Positions 37,731-52,100 of a stretch of 64,000 nucleotides of DNA are shown here, piece by piece. The position numbers and the translations under genes are program-made. The stretch comes from Sarea resinae (taxonomy: Eukaryota). A model generated the notes under the pieces. That model was not told where the DNA came from and made no database searches. It saw only the letters and a list, made by a program, of their open reading frames with translations. How positions within the stretch are numbered: position 1 is the first letter of the stretch; the number at the start of each line of letters is the position of its first letter. The stretch is taken from positions 186,001-250,000 of the forward strand of contig JAPEUD010000004.1 of the NCBI GenBank assembly GCA_026026165.1, written 5' to 3'.

Positions 37731-38127
37731 GTACCAGCATTGTCCGTTTCATCGTTTTATGAGAAAGCAATCAATGCATCTTGATACCGGGATCTTGTTA
37801 AGAGCACATAAGATCCTTGCAGGGTCCGCCATTGTAATCAGGACTATCAACTGGCGTCCTAAGTACCCTTTAAGCAGAGGATCAGTGTACGCGCCCCTAT
37901 TCTAGTATATGTAGTTTGCGTGATCTTGATTTCTACAGCACCCTCTTGCATTATAGCGTTCATTTGTACTATACGTCGATATCTTTTGCTAGTCATTAGG
38001 CGCCTCATGAAAATATCGCTACCCTATGCTGAGATATGCCGTATGCCGATCATCGAGAGAATGCGAATAGAATAGCAGATGACCTCTTTCCTAGCACCCA
38101 TCTATGACTTCCTAAACGGCCACAGAA

Positions 38128-40482
38128 TCAACCACTTTCCACGCCCCCAGACTGATTCTTCGACTTGCTGAAGAACCGTGCAAACGCATCCGAACCCTCG
38201 CGACTACTAAGGGTACCAGAGTCAAAGATGCTCTTCTTGGCCTTCTCCTTCGTACGCACGGCGTAGACGAGCCGGTAATGGACTCGTTCCAGGACCTCCT
38301 TGGCTACAGTCCGTGGCATATGCGAAGCCCCCGTGTCGACGATACTGGTGAAAATCCTCTTGACACTCCTAGCGAGCTCATCAACATCGGAATTGAAGTC
38401 ATCTTCTTCCTCGATCGTTCTCGATGTGGTGGATGGACAGGCGCCATCATCGATACCAATGTCAAGGATCGAGATCAATGCCGCCAACTCGCTGTAGTTT
38501 GTGTCTTTGCTGATACAAAACGACGGTCGCAGGAGGTAGGTTATGATATCAGGAAGCCGAAGAAGGGAGTCGAGCGGTTTGGTGAGGTAATTCAGGTCGT
38601 CGTTGAAGAAATAGGTCAAAGCTAGGCGCCGGCGGAAAGTATGGTGTCGGGAAGGAAAAGCGGGAAGGGAGCAAATGAGTCGGTAACGCATTGGTGGATC
38701 CTGAACAAAAGATACTAATATCCTACCGACCCTAGAAAGCTATGGCGCATTGTAAGAAGTAGGGCGAAGATGAAGAGGTGGTCGACTTACGGAATCTTCA
38801 ACCTCACGCTCGGGAACAGCACCAATTAACAATGTTAAAGCATCTTCGATCGCCACCAGCACATTTCCGTCGTCTACAACAGACGGATCGAGGCTCAACC
38901 TTGCTAGAATACAAATTGTCTGTTCGCGAGCCTCTGTGGTCAAGCTGAATTGTGAGAATGAATTGGCACAGCTGGTATAGTAGTACAGAGTGAACTTACT
39001 AATCTGCAGAGGTGCCCAGTAGTGTTATAACAGATACTGTTCTGGACCAGTCATATTCTTGAAGACCTTTATAAGATCAGCTCCGCTAGATATGGTTTTG
39101 GACGGATCACTTACCATGAGCCTTTCTTGAACGTGGGATCGCCTTTTGAGTCAGATCCACAGCTTCTGATGTGGCACCGAGATTCTGAAATAGTTTCCGA
39201 ATTCGCGGCGGTTGTAAGAGGCTCTGCATTTGCGCTTCACAGGACTAGTTATGTGGTTAAAAACGATTTTAAAAGCAATATAGCGCGAAATACCTTGCAT
39301 GTGGATATGTACGCCTGTCGTAGGTCAATTCTGGGCTCAAACGATACTGTAAGATGTCAGGGATAGCAGATATCGACCAAAGAATAACCAAGACTGACAC
39401 TCTTCCAGAATCCACAGCATCATCTCATCAGGTAGAGGAATCATCGGAGCCATATCTCTCACGAAGCCCGAAAGAAACGATTGTTGCATTGAAGCAGGAT
39501 CTGTCGAGCATAATTAGCTCCGACCTCAGGGCTATTTCGGACACGATACCAACCGTTCAGAACTCCCCGCCAAGCGTCTGAGTGGATAGTCTTTATTGGA
39601 AATGTGTTGTATTTCTCTGTTTCAGAAGTTGGACCATCTTCAAAAAAGTACCAGCCCTTTTCGGAATATAAGGCATCAGTCCTTTCGATCGCGTGCAAGA
39701 TCCTGTTATAGTGGCCATCTTCGGCGGATTCATTCATGACGGATGCAATCAATTGAGTTTGAGCATGTTCACCGCCTCTGCTCATACCGGGAGTAGTGTG
39801 ACCTGTCTGCTCGCCTGACTGACGCTGACTCCTCATTGATGCTGGCCCCAAGATTGCTCGTGCCTCTGCCACTCCAGCCTCCGAAGCAACATCCTCCACA
39901 GTCCGCTCAACGAGTGAGTCGAGAGAGAATTTGTAATTAGGTGTCACCGAAGGGGCAATCGAGGATGAGTTCTCTTGTCTGCGTGATCTGCTACGAACTT
40001 TTAGGGTAGAGGAATTTTGGTCAAGGTGACGATCAGCTCCGACAGGGGGTCTCTGAGGCGCGAGAAGATCATTGAGATCATCCAGAGAATCCAAATCTGA
40101 CTCCTCATCATCTGAGCTTCTAATAATCGTTTTTCCATTTTTCACAATCCTCTGGTTGCCATGACTCGGAAGACTTTGAGACGAGGATGGTTGATCGATA
40201 GGAGAGCTACGGAGGTCAGGTGCACCTTTATCGACATGCTCTGACTCTGTACCTAGCATGACTTAGTGAAGCTTCGGGGATGAACAGAGATGCCACTAAC
40301 GGACCAGCCTCATGCAATCGACTCCGCCTCGACACCGTGTTACTGTTCAAACTGCCGGGACTTTGATCAGCCGGTTGTGCCACAATTATGGTATCATCCG
40401 AGCTGTCTAGAGAGCGGGGCCGCTTAATGGAGAGGGCAGCAGCAGGCCGGAAGAAGTCAGTTAATTTCCTGTTACTGGCCAT
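38128..40482 (-). CDS. Conserved hypothetical nuclear protein (disordered N-terminus, helical C-terminal domain); possibly Smc5/6-associated (CANIN/Nse6-like)
   Basis: ATG at 40482 (MASNRKLTDFF). ORF segments 40482-40305, 40252-39556, several short exons and 38740-38128 are joined by GT-AG introns. The family guess is from recalled resemblance only. Confidence 0.55.
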
Positions 40483-42513
40483 GGTAGAGGGGTTGCGGTG
40501 GTGGATTGTGCTGTATTGTAAGGCGTCAATCAAATCTACGCGACGGTGTGACACGCGGTCGCGACTTCAGATTGGTGAAGGATGCGCGACAAGCGAGACG
40601 AAAACCATGACGGAGTACGCAAACCTCAGTAATCGATAGAAGAGCCCGGCAGGTTAATCCTACTACTCCAGAGTAGGTAGATACTCCGCAGATTATCAAT
40701 GAAGTCTCCACCAAGACCCCCTATGCTTCCCCCCCGTCTCTTTGATGAGAGTCAGTACCTTACTCTAGAGTATCCCTCAAAACATGCTCTGGGAGCATGT
40801 CAAAGCTTCCACAGGAATTCGGACACGTGGGATAATACATGGATGGTCTACATGCTATCGAGCTCAATCATGAATTGGCTTCGCCCTTTGTTCAGATTGA
40901 CTACGAATGAACGAGCCGTTATATCAGTACCTTAGTGATGAACTTCAATCAGCATGTTTTCCCAATTACCGACCCATGATCTACCTTAGATATTAGGCAT
41001 CAGCTCTGTTGACAACGAGACAGCTGCTTTGACAATCCAACAAGATCCAGCTGTTAGCAACACCTGGCAGGTACCTGCCCATGTTTCTTTGCCGGAAAGA
41101 TACCTCCACGTTTGCTTGGCTGCCCGTCGTACTTTAGCTGTACTCCGTAGAGCTCTCGGCCCTGGTCGACTTGGTGACCTTAAATTAGGAACAGAGAAAT
41201 ATGGGGTAATCAGCATCACTGACGGCGTTGCTGCTCCTTGCAACGTGAAGTCTCTTGCCAGTCTTCAACCGCAATGTATCTGGGTGTACTGATACCTGGT
41301 GTTTATATCTGCTTGTACCCACTTATATTCGCAAGCCGACGCTCGAGTCTCGGAGTTCGGAGAACAGACAGTCCCGGAAGGAGACGCCACCGTTCATATC
41401 ATGGAACCGCTTCGATGGATAGCGAATAATGTTGAGCATTATTCAGGTAGCGAGAATTATGTGATGATGCCAAGGGCGAAAAGGAATCATTGAAGACACG
41501 TCTTTGAAGGTAGAGGTGAAATGGCGCAATGGAGATTTCAGTTTCATTTCGCTCACGAGTAGAGTAGCCGCGAGAGTCGGAGCTTGATCGTCTAGGTATC
41601 CTACTGTGAGAGCAACTGGTGCTGTGTGAACCTTGATATCCATCTGAGCGCAATTGCGTGGTGACGTTTCCAGATAGCATCCACCAACTATCCAGCTTAC
41701 TCGGAGTACATGCCTACCTTACCTACCTGACGAAGTAATACTACGTAGTACTCTACCTTTTGAGCGGCTGGCTGGCTGTCTGGCGGGCTGGCTGAGGCCG
41801 CGGCTACCTTACTTTAGTGGGCTGTAGCTGGTCTGAACTTTTGGGGGTCCCAGCTTCAGCTCGGGGGCTTGCGGTGCTGTGGTCATCTACCTCCGTATGC
41901 ATGTTTTGTCATCATCAAGCAGCCCTAGAGTAGAATCAGGTAGGTACCTCCGTCGAGAAGGGACACTCGAGGTACCTTCAAGGTTGACTGCTCGATTCGA
42001 GAGGTACAGAGCGGATACTTGACGGGAGTGAAGGACACGATTCACTCGAGAGACGGTCGTAGTACCTCGAAGTACCAGGGATAGTGCGCGCGTGTGGTGC
42101 TAGTGCGAGGTAGATGCCTGGTATCAAATGAAACAGCCGTCATCATCTTTATCCATGCACCTGGCAACCGCTGCAGAACTGGGAGCAACCTGGAGCAACA
42201 ACAACAGCAATGGCAGGCTGAATAACAAATAACACTGAATGGATAGACCAAATCTTCCCTATCAACCCCCATGATACCGCAGCCTCTCCCTACGAAGGTC
42301 CTCTCGGATGAAATGTATCAAAGTGACTACCTTACCCTCTACTCGTACTTCAATGTGAACAGCAAGACCTCCGAACCTCTCGCCATCAGCCACCTCCATC
42401 CCATCCGCATCGACCGAGACGGTACCTCCTCGAAGTCCTTCAGGAGTCGCGGACGGTCCGGGTACTTTCATCCGTGCGCATGGTCATGTACCTCAGCTAC
42501 GGTACACCTACTT

Positions 42514-42549
42514 ACTCGTACAACTCGTACAACTCGTACAACTCGTACA
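42514..42549 (+). repeat. (ACTCGTACA)4 perfect 9-mer tandem repeat upstream of the flippase gene
   Basis: Seen directly. Confidence 0.9.
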
Positions 42550-43097
42550 CCTCGAACTTGATCCTTAGACTTTTCGCACTGCTCCCTCGCCAATCGCTAC
42601 CGTAAATCCCCTCCTGGGACTCGAATTCTTGTCTTGTCTCTGGCGACCCACCAGCTTACCTACCTCCCCTTCAAGCTATTCCTACATCGGGCGCGCCGTA
42701 ATCTCTCTCCCTCCGTGACAATAATCTACACGCCAGCAGCAAGGCTCGCGACGACACATCAGACTCTTTCCGTACAACCTCACTCGATCCGCTTCACGGC
42801 AAAGAGAGGCTCGCTGCCTATCACCCTCATTCCTTTCGTTTGAAAGCGCATGTACCTCACTCGGACAAACCGGCAGCGCCTCCTGTCGCCGCTCTCCGAC
42901 GGTTCGACTTCCCAGCTTCAAGGGTCATTATCCTTCACGAGTACATTTCCAGAAAGAATCTATAGCTCATAGTCGGAAAGCAAGTGTACTGTGAGCGGAG
43001 GAAGCATATTCGCTACGCTAGGACCTTTGGGCCTCCTGGCTCCGATAGCCAGTGGGAGGAGTGAACACAAAACGTTGGGTGCCCTCACTCCTTGATC

Positions 43098-46000
43098 ATG
43101 GCGATCCAGCCTTATCAAGAAGACAGTAATGTCTCGACACCCATCAAGCGAATCCGGTGGGCGACGCAGAGGGTTACTGGGGCCAGCGGCCGATCGAAGC
43201 GTCGTTCGATCATGGATAGATTTTATAGCAAAGGAGCAGCAGAGAAGAAGAGAGATTCTGGAGGTGCTCATTCTGTGAACGGCCCAGGTTTTGGAGGGCC
43301 TGAAACGGATGGTAGTACCGAGGTGAACAATGAACAGGGCGAACCTAGGAAGATCTACTTTAATCAGCCTTTGCCCGCCGACCTCAGAGATGAAGAAGGC
43401 CGGCCAAGTACGACTTACAGCAGGAACAAGATTCGGACAGCGAAATATACGCCTCTGAGTTTCGTTCCGAAGAACCTGTTCTTTCAGTTCCATAATATCG
43501 CCAACATATATTTCTTGTTTCTCATTATCTTAGCGGTAAGTAGTATCGCACTCTGGTCCTGCAACTCACAGGCGCTGATTGCCGATGCGTAGATCTTCCC
43601 GATTTTTGGCGCGTCAAACCCGGGCCTGAACGCTGTCCCTCTAATAGTCATTTTGGTTATTACCGCCATCAAAGACGCTATCGAGGACTGGCGGAGGACT
43701 GTGCTTGATAATGAATTGAACAATTCTCCAGTACATCGACTGGTTGATTGGGAAAACGTCAACGTCTCCGAAGACAATATCTCTCTTTGGCGGCGTATCA
43801 AGAAAGCAACCACTAGGTTCATTGTTCGGTTGGTGCGGCGCTGGATTGTCAGAAAAGATGGCTCTTCGAAGGGGAAGAATTATGCAGAGAGTGCGGTAGA
43901 GGAGCCGCGCCCCTCGAATGCCACAAGAGGCACTCATCGGGCCTCAATGCAATCGGGACGGGACTCTTTCACCTCGACACATGATCAAATGGGCAACGAT
44001 GCCATACAATTGACTCCTGTGCCTTCTCCACTTCCTACGAAGGAGCAGCTAGGCGATGCCCAGTTGCAGATTCGCGAGGAGCCCGTGCCAGCTCCCTCAT
44101 ATGAGGAAGCCCAATCAGGCCTGCTGAGTCCAGACGGTGGTTTCACCTCATCCCATGGCATCCCTAGGTTCTATGGCAGTTTGATCAATCACGCCTTGCA
44201 GCCTCCCGAAAAGGCTCGGTTCGCCAAAGACTACTGGAAAAATGTTCAAGTAGGCGATTTCGTTCGAATCTATAACGATGATCAGATCCCAGCAGATGTC
44301 GTCATCCTTTCAACCTCGGACCCCGACGGTGCTTGCTATGTCGAGACAAAGAATTTGGACGGTGAAACAAATCTCAAAGTTCGCCAAGCGCTGCACTGTG
44401 GGCGTCAAGTTAAGCATGCAAGGGATTGTGGCAGGTCCGAGTTCGTCATTGAGAGCGAGCCTCCGCATGCCAACTTGTACCAATATAGTGGTGTCGTAAG
44501 ATGGAATCAGCACGATTCAACAACTTCAGACGCCGAGGGCACGCAAATGGCTGAGCCAATATCTATCAACAACTTGCTTCTTCGAGGCTGCAATCTTCGC
44601 AACACCGAGTGGGTGCTTGCTGTTGTCGTCTTCACCGGACAGGAAACGAAAATCATGCTGAACTCTGGTATCACGCCAAGTAAACGGTCGAGGGTTGCCC
44701 GAGAGCTCAACTGGAACGTCATCTATAACTTCTTCATCCTGTTTCTGATGTGTCTCGTGTCTGGAATCGTCGAGGGCGTAACCTGGGGTGAGGGCAACAA
44801 TTCCCTCAACTACTTCGAATTCGGCTTTGTTGCCGGCACGCCAGCGCTAAACGGTTTCGTTACTTTCTGGACCGCTGTCATCCTTTTTCAGAATTTGGTG
44901 CCAATTTCCCTTTACATCTCTTTGGAGATCATCAAGACTGCCCAAGCTTTCTTCATCTACAGCGATACTCACATGTACTACGATAAGATCGATTATCCTT
45001 GCACGCCCAAGTCCTGGAACATTTCGGATGACTTAGGACAGATCGAGTACATTTTTTCCGACAAGACCGGTACCTTGACGCAAAACGTCATGGAATTCAA
45101 GAAATGCTCAATCAACGGCGTACCATATGGAGAAGCTTACACTGAAGCTCAAGCTGGCATGCGACGCAGAGAAGGAGTGGATATTGAGGAAGAGGGTGCC
45201 AAGGTACGAGGACAGATCGCACAGGATAAGATCGTGATGCTGGAGGAACTCCGAAAAATACATGCCAACCCGTATCTTCATGACGATGAAGTCACGTTTG
45301 TTGCTCCAGATTTCGTATCCGACCTGGCAGGTGCAGCCGGAGATGAACAGCGCAAAGCAAACGAGCATTTCATGCTCGCGCTCGCGTTGTGCCATACCGT
45401 CATTACAGAGCGGACGCCCGGTGATCCGCCAACCATTGAATTCAAAGCTCAATCACCAGATGAGGCTGCCCTAGTTGCTACGGCCAGAGACTGTGGCTTC
45501 ACGGTACTAGGTCGGTCTGGAGATGACATTATTGTCAATGTTATGGGAAAAGATCAACGATACACGGTTTTGAATACGCTCGAGTTTAACTCTTCTCGTA
45601 AGCGAATGAGTGCTATAATGAGGATGCCAGACGGAAGAATCACTCTTTTTTGCAAAGGAGCTGACAGTATCATCTATTCCCGTCTCACTCGTGGCCAACA
45701 GCAGGAGCTAAGGAAATCCACCGCGGAGCACCTCGAAATGTTTGCCCGTGAAGGTCTAAGAACTCTTTGCATAGCCCAAAGGGAGCTAAACGAACAGGAA
45801 TACCAGATATGGAACAAGAAGCATGATCTTGCTGCCGCCGCTGTGCATGACCGAGATACCAAGCTTGAGACGGTTTCTGATGAGATCGAAAGGGAACTCA
45901 CTCTATTAGGTGGTACGGCCATCGAGGATAGACTGCAAGACGGTGTACCGGATACAATTGCTCTACTTGGAGATGCTGGAATCAAGCTATGGGTCCTTAC

Positions 46001-47786
46001 CGGTGATAAGGTTGAGACTGCTATCAACATCGGGTTTTCATGCAACCTCCTCGACAATGAGATGGACCTTATTGTTTTCAAGCTCGAGGGCGACGATCCA
46101 ATAATGGCAGAAGCTGAGCTGGACAAACATCTTGCTGTTTTTGGAAAGACAGGATCTGACGAGGAACTCGTTGCTGCTAAAAAGAATCACGAAGCTCCAC
46201 CCCCCACTCACGCTATCGTTATCGATGGTGATTCGTTGAAATTGGTGCTGCACGAAGACTTAAGACAGAAATTCTTGCTACTTTGTAAGGAATGCAAGTC
46301 TGTGCTATGTTGCAGAGTAAGCCCGAGTCAGAAAGCAGCGGTCGTTCAGATGGTCAAAACTGGGCTCGATGTCATGACTCTCTCGATAGGAGATGGTGCC
46401 AATGACGTAGCCATGATCCAGGAGGCCGATGTGGGAGTGGGAATAGCAGGAGAAGAAGGTAGACAAGCTGTTATGTCTTCCGACTATGCCATTGGGCAGT
46501 TCCGTTTCTTGCAAAGGCTTGTACTTGTGCATGGGCGCTGGTCATATCGGAGACTTGGCGAGACCATCGCCAACTTCTTTTATAAGGTACGTTGGGAGGA
46601 AACTTCTTAGCCACAAATCGTCCTGACTGACTGCTTTAGAACATCGTCTGGACTTTCGCACTCTTCTGGTACCAAATCTACAACAACTTCGACGGCTCGT
46701 ATCTGTTTGACTACACCTATATCTTGCTTTACAATCTTGCCTTCACATCATTAGCTGTCATTCTTATGGGCATATTAGACCAAGATGTTAGCGACAAAGT
46801 CTCCCTGGCCGTCCCTCAGTTGTATCGACGGGGTATTGAGCGCAAAGAATGGACCCAGCTTAAATTTTGGTACGCTCGATCAAATCCTATCGTTCTATAA
46901 TACTGACTCATTCAGGGTCTACATGACTGATGGCGTCTATCAATCTGTCATCTGCTTTTTTATGACCTACTTGCAATTTCGCCCTGCCACTTTCGTTACG
47001 GAGACCGGTCATAATCTCAACGACCAAAGGAGAATGGGTGTTTACGTTGCAAATGCCACCATTGTTGTAGTCAATGTCTACATCCTACTCAATACGTATC
47101 GATGGGATTGGCTCATGCTGCTGATTGTCGCAATCAGTATTCTTCTCATATGGTTCTGGACTGGAGTCTACTCGTCCTTCCAATCGGACCCGCAGTTCTA
47201 CAAAGCTGCGAGTGAGGTTTATGGATCACTCTCGTTCTGGGCCGTTACCCTCCTTACGATAGTCATCTGCCTATTACCCAGATTCGCGGCAAAGGCTTTT
47301 CAGAAGATCTTCATGCCTCGTGATATTGATATCATTAGGGAACAATTACGACAGGGAAAATTCAAGTATCTCGACAATTACGAAGCATATGTTCCTCCCT
47401 CTAAATTTCCAGATTCCACGTCATCATCGGATATCTCCAAGCCAATCCCCGGGAATGGGGATTCCAACCTCGAAGATGATGAGCGCCCGATTTATCCTCC
47501 TTCCGTGGCACCGACCGCGACGACGCACAATCCTCGTAGCCAGAATGGCAGCGATGGAACAGATTATACGGGGCATCGTTTATCCATAGACCGCCCTCCC
47601 CGAGTCTCCGTTGACCGGCCTAGGGCGTCATTTGAAAGACCACGAGCCTCAATGGATCGGGTCCGACCGAGCTACGAGGCGAGTAATGAATTCACCTCGG
47701 CAGCATTACTCACACGCTTAGAGTCGAGCGTTTCACACCAAAGTCCTTCGCGTCGTCACGAGGATATCACTTCCGATCTCCAATAG
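43098..47786 (+). CDS. DNF1: P4-ATPase phospholipid flippase, Dnf1/Dnf2 type; 4 exons
   Basis: [50 protein letters not shown] (phospho-Asp), QSPDE, KGAD, LTGDK and IGDGAND. Introns at about 43536-43591, 46586-46639 and 46870-46915. Confidence 0.93.
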
Positions 47787-49151
47787 GCGCGTTCGTTCTC
47801 TGCGATGTCTTTATAGTTTTCTACAACTCACCACACACAAATAACCGCGATTCATATTTTGGAATCGAATCTCGAAAGAGTCATCTGCGAAAGCAATCTA
47901 TGACTTCCTGTTCTTTCCTCTTATTTCTGAGATTATCACAATCGGCGTCTTATCAGGGGGCTTGTGTATGCGACAAATGTTAAACACAAAATCTTTATTT
48001 CCTTCGATATTCATTCTGGCGGATCAGTTTCCTTAGGCGTTCTTCTAATGCTGTTTCCCCAGGGAATCCTGCTTTGCACTTTGAGCGGCTGCATAAGGTA
48101 GATAATGTTGCGCGCCTCTCTCTTCGCCCAGCCGTAGTTTCTTTTGTATCGCCGCTTGCACTTGTTTTCGGCGAAGCAGCGTGACTTGTCTCCCTCTTCG
48201 TCTACTTCTCCCTGTGTATAAATCATGTTCAATAAAGGCTCTAGCCCCGAAAGAGTTGTCTACCTGCAAGTTGGGCCGTTGTAGGATCAGACCCGAAGTG
48301 AAAATGCGCCCCGGAGGTCGAGGCGTACTGCACCGTATGCATGTAGCCCAGCGCCAAAGCTGGAGAGGAGCGAGCTGAGTAACTGTGTAAGGTATGCTGC
48401 AGAGACTATTGTAGCTGATTTACATTCAAGGTGCCTGGGGGCCTGTCGTCATGGCTAAGGTATGGAAAGGTTCCCGTCCATTGGCATTGCTGATGCAACT
48501 TGCAGAATTGCATTCACGTATGAGAGTAATTGCCTACCTCCCTCCCTACCTGCCTACGTAGTACCTATTGTATACCTACCTTAGTAGTAGATGAGCGAAT
48601 TCATTAGGTAGGTAGGTAGTTGCAGGTCTATGATCTCCATATGCCTTGGCCTTACCTCAGGACGCGGCAGATGTCGCGTATTTCAATTACAGGACGCAAT
48701 TCACTCCACGACCCCAAGCGCGTCCCCGTCGGTCTAGTACAAAAGCTCAACTCGCCTAAGACATAACTCACCTCTCTCTCTAAGTGAAGGAACCTTGAAG
48801 TTAAGAGCAGCTCCAACTCGCCTCACCTATCTTGTTGGACTTACGATATTCATGTCATACATAGCGTGGTAGTAAGGGTGAAGGCTTCCCTTGCTGGCGA
48901 TTCTTCTCTTTGAATCCCTGGTCTTCATCGGCTCAATGCACCCACGCATGAACGCTCTAGTGAATTTAACGGCTTGACACAAATTTGAAGTCTATGAACT
49001 TCCGGAACGCCCGTATCGTGGTTTTGCCAACCCTGCTTGGAGCAAAAGACATGGCAACCGATTCTTTCACTTGGGAATGATCTAGAGATATTGCAATCTC
49101 ACTGGATGCTTGATCTTAAGAGCTGCGGCGGAGACGTCTTGCAAGGGCAGA

Positions 49152-52100
49152 ATGGCTGAACTTCTAGCCAACGTGGCGTATGGACTCGACGTTCCTTCTC
49201 ATTCTCTCTCGTTTCTTCGGTCCCTATAGGACAGATGATGCAAATGCTAACATGGTTTTCTTGCTTGGCAGGGAACTACACGCTCTACCAGAGGAAGTTC
49301 ACTGGTTCTGCCCTCGATCTGGTATACACGATCAAAACACATACGATCAAGATGACCTTCAGAACCTTTCGGGGGATGGAAACCCGGATCCAGATCTGCT
49401 TAGGCGGCTGAACGAGGCCGAACAGCGAAGGAAGCTCGTCTCTGATGCTCTGCAGCTTCTGGCTTACGATGGTGAAGACGTAGCCCAGTATCAGGATTGG
49501 CTAAAGGATGGTCTTGACAAACAAATGGGCAGATGTGAGATATGTGCAAGGGAATACCACAAAGGAAAGAAACGCCTCCTAGAGGATCTGAGACGGTATG
49601 TAAATATAAGATTGAGTACCTGGCACCTGTGCTGATCGACGAAGTATCTATCAAGACGAGGACGTAGCCACATTCTTCAAGATACTTGACGACCGAGACT
49701 TTGAGCGTATCAAAGCTGGGTTACAAACAGCATCGGTCAACCTGAAGAGCGCGCCACCCCAGGATCGCAGTCTAGTCAACTTAGATCTGCCTGCCATGTT
49801 CGCATTCTTTGAGGCTCTCAATTGTGAGGCTTTTCTCAAGGACGAAGGTCTCCTAATTTCCTTTTTCGACGAGCCATTTAGCCTGCTACAAAGCAGTAAG
49901 ACGCTGAAATTACGAGAGATGCTTCCTGCCACGGGTTGGTTCCTGTTCACGAGTAATGAGACTCGCCACCGCTGGGCAATGCAGTCCTGGACAAGGTTGC
50001 AGAGAAACCTTACAAAAACAGAATTCGAATGGGTTGTTCGAGAACCGCTATCCCAGGAAATGACCCGAGCATCCAACGGCGGACTGGACCTGAATTCCTG
50101 CACAAGATTCTGGTGTGGGGCGAAGCTCATCGTCGAGAAGCTAGACAGAGATCTCATTATACATTCTCTTCGTGAACTACCGGTTGACATATGCCGGCTG
50201 GCCCTCGAACATCTCCAGTTCAACACGGCTGGGCTAAGATTTCTTCTTCACACTATCCGCACGCTATTCGAAAAGTCGCCTGATCAATTTTGGGATGCTA
50301 TGGGTGCCATATCACCAACGGCCGTAATCGAGCAAGTTTTCAGCAATCCACAGTTCGAATCGTATATCGCTGGAGCAGATAGTCAAGAAAGCTTCGACAC
50401 GTCTGCTTTGAGAGATATGCTTTCTTGGATTGAGCCTTTCATGGCTTCTCTCAAGCCCGCGAACCAGCCACCAGCATGCCGGTCGCTCGTGTCTCAGCTG
50501 ATTGATCGTTTCCAATCGGATCAATACCCTGAATATTCAAGACTTCATTGCTATCAGGTGGGCCTGTCTGTTCTTGCTCAAACCATTCGCAATTTCTCGG
50601 AAGAAAAATCGGCTATTGGATCAGTTGGGCGCGTTGTCGTCTCTGACACGTTGGATGTCGTCAACAGCCATGTTGCTGGCTTGATCCGTGTCATCGATTT
50701 GCCTGCCGACAGTAGTTTGCACCGCGCAGCCGCGGGATTATGTACAGAGGTAATCCGTAATGCTCTTTCGCTCGAGTGCAAGTCTTTGAAAGCGGATCAT
50801 GAAGCATTAGAGGCTGGTCAGGCTCTTCAGCATGGTGCTAGCTCATACTCATCGACCCTCTGGCTTGCTGTAGTTGATAGCCTCAATCCCGATAGCATGT
50901 CGCTGGCAAAGACTGTGCTCATGGGTGTGGTTCCGCTTGTCGGTCTCGAGAAGTTCAAGACGAACAACGGTGGCGCGCTTGTAAAAGAGAAGATCCAGTT
51001 CAACAACACTTACAGCAATCTAACACACCTAGTGTCGCGAGTGCTAGAACGACTGAATGATTTCAGCGCACAGAATCTCGATGACCTGTATAGGTTCAAA
51101 GACACTGCCAGTTCTTTGATTGCGGCGCTCTTTTCTGCCGACCCAACAACCTATCAAGGTGCTGTCGAATTGCTCAAGACCGTTAGTGGTGAATTTGGTC
51201 GGCGAGAAGCAATCGGCCATCTACTGAAGGCGTTCTTCACCACCTCGGTCGACTGTATCTCTTGGTCTCTTCACTGTATTTCGAATAAGAAAACTTTCGC
51301 GTCTTTGCCGCGAATGTTAAAGACTTGCACAGACGTCTTTGACGTCCTTTGCAATCCCCAGGATGGAATACTAAGGAGAAGACCTCTTAGCTTTGAAGAG
51401 GTGCGTGCTGTTGAATCTTTATGGAAGCGTCAATGGCGGACTTTGGTCATTATCTTCGAAACGACAGAGCAATGGAGTCGGCAGGGTAACGACAAAAATG
51501 CCATGGCAGATTTTTGTCGCGACACTATGCAGTTTGCAGAGACGGTATTCGACCATTACGGAGCTCTTGCAAGTGCCATCGATACCGCTGGACAGGCCAA
51601 GCAAAATGCCAGCTTGGTCGAATCTGGCTTGAAGCCTGCGGGCAAGCAATTGCTTGAGGAACCGAGATCGACTCTGAATGCTATGGTCAAGTGGCTCAGG
51701 CTTCGAGATGAATATCTCGCAACCACACTCGTCAAGCTAGTGTGCAGATTGTTTCGGCGTTTGGGCGAGCAAGGAATGACGATCCCTGATGAGGCACTTG
51801 CTTGGGTGCGGAAGGTTGCTGTGACAAGAGAGTTGAAGACGACTCTCTCAGATCAGTCGAAGGTCGAGCTTACTCGAGCTATCCAGCAACATGAGGATCA
51901 GGCTCCGCGCTTGCCGATAGCACGATCGGAACCGTCGAAGAGGCAAGGGACTATAGACTCATGGGCACAGTCTGTCGACCCTACAAAGGCCGTCTCTTCC
52001 GTCACAATTCAGGCAAAACGGAAGGAGAAATCCGGAGGGGTGATTGACTTGGAAGCATGGAGATCAAAGGCTAGATCTCAAGCTGATGTCGCTGACCCTG

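Noticed and set aside
42895..42915. GGTTCGACTTCCC resembling a tRNA T-arm/B-box
   Set aside because: No upstream A-box, D-arm or acceptor stem pairing.
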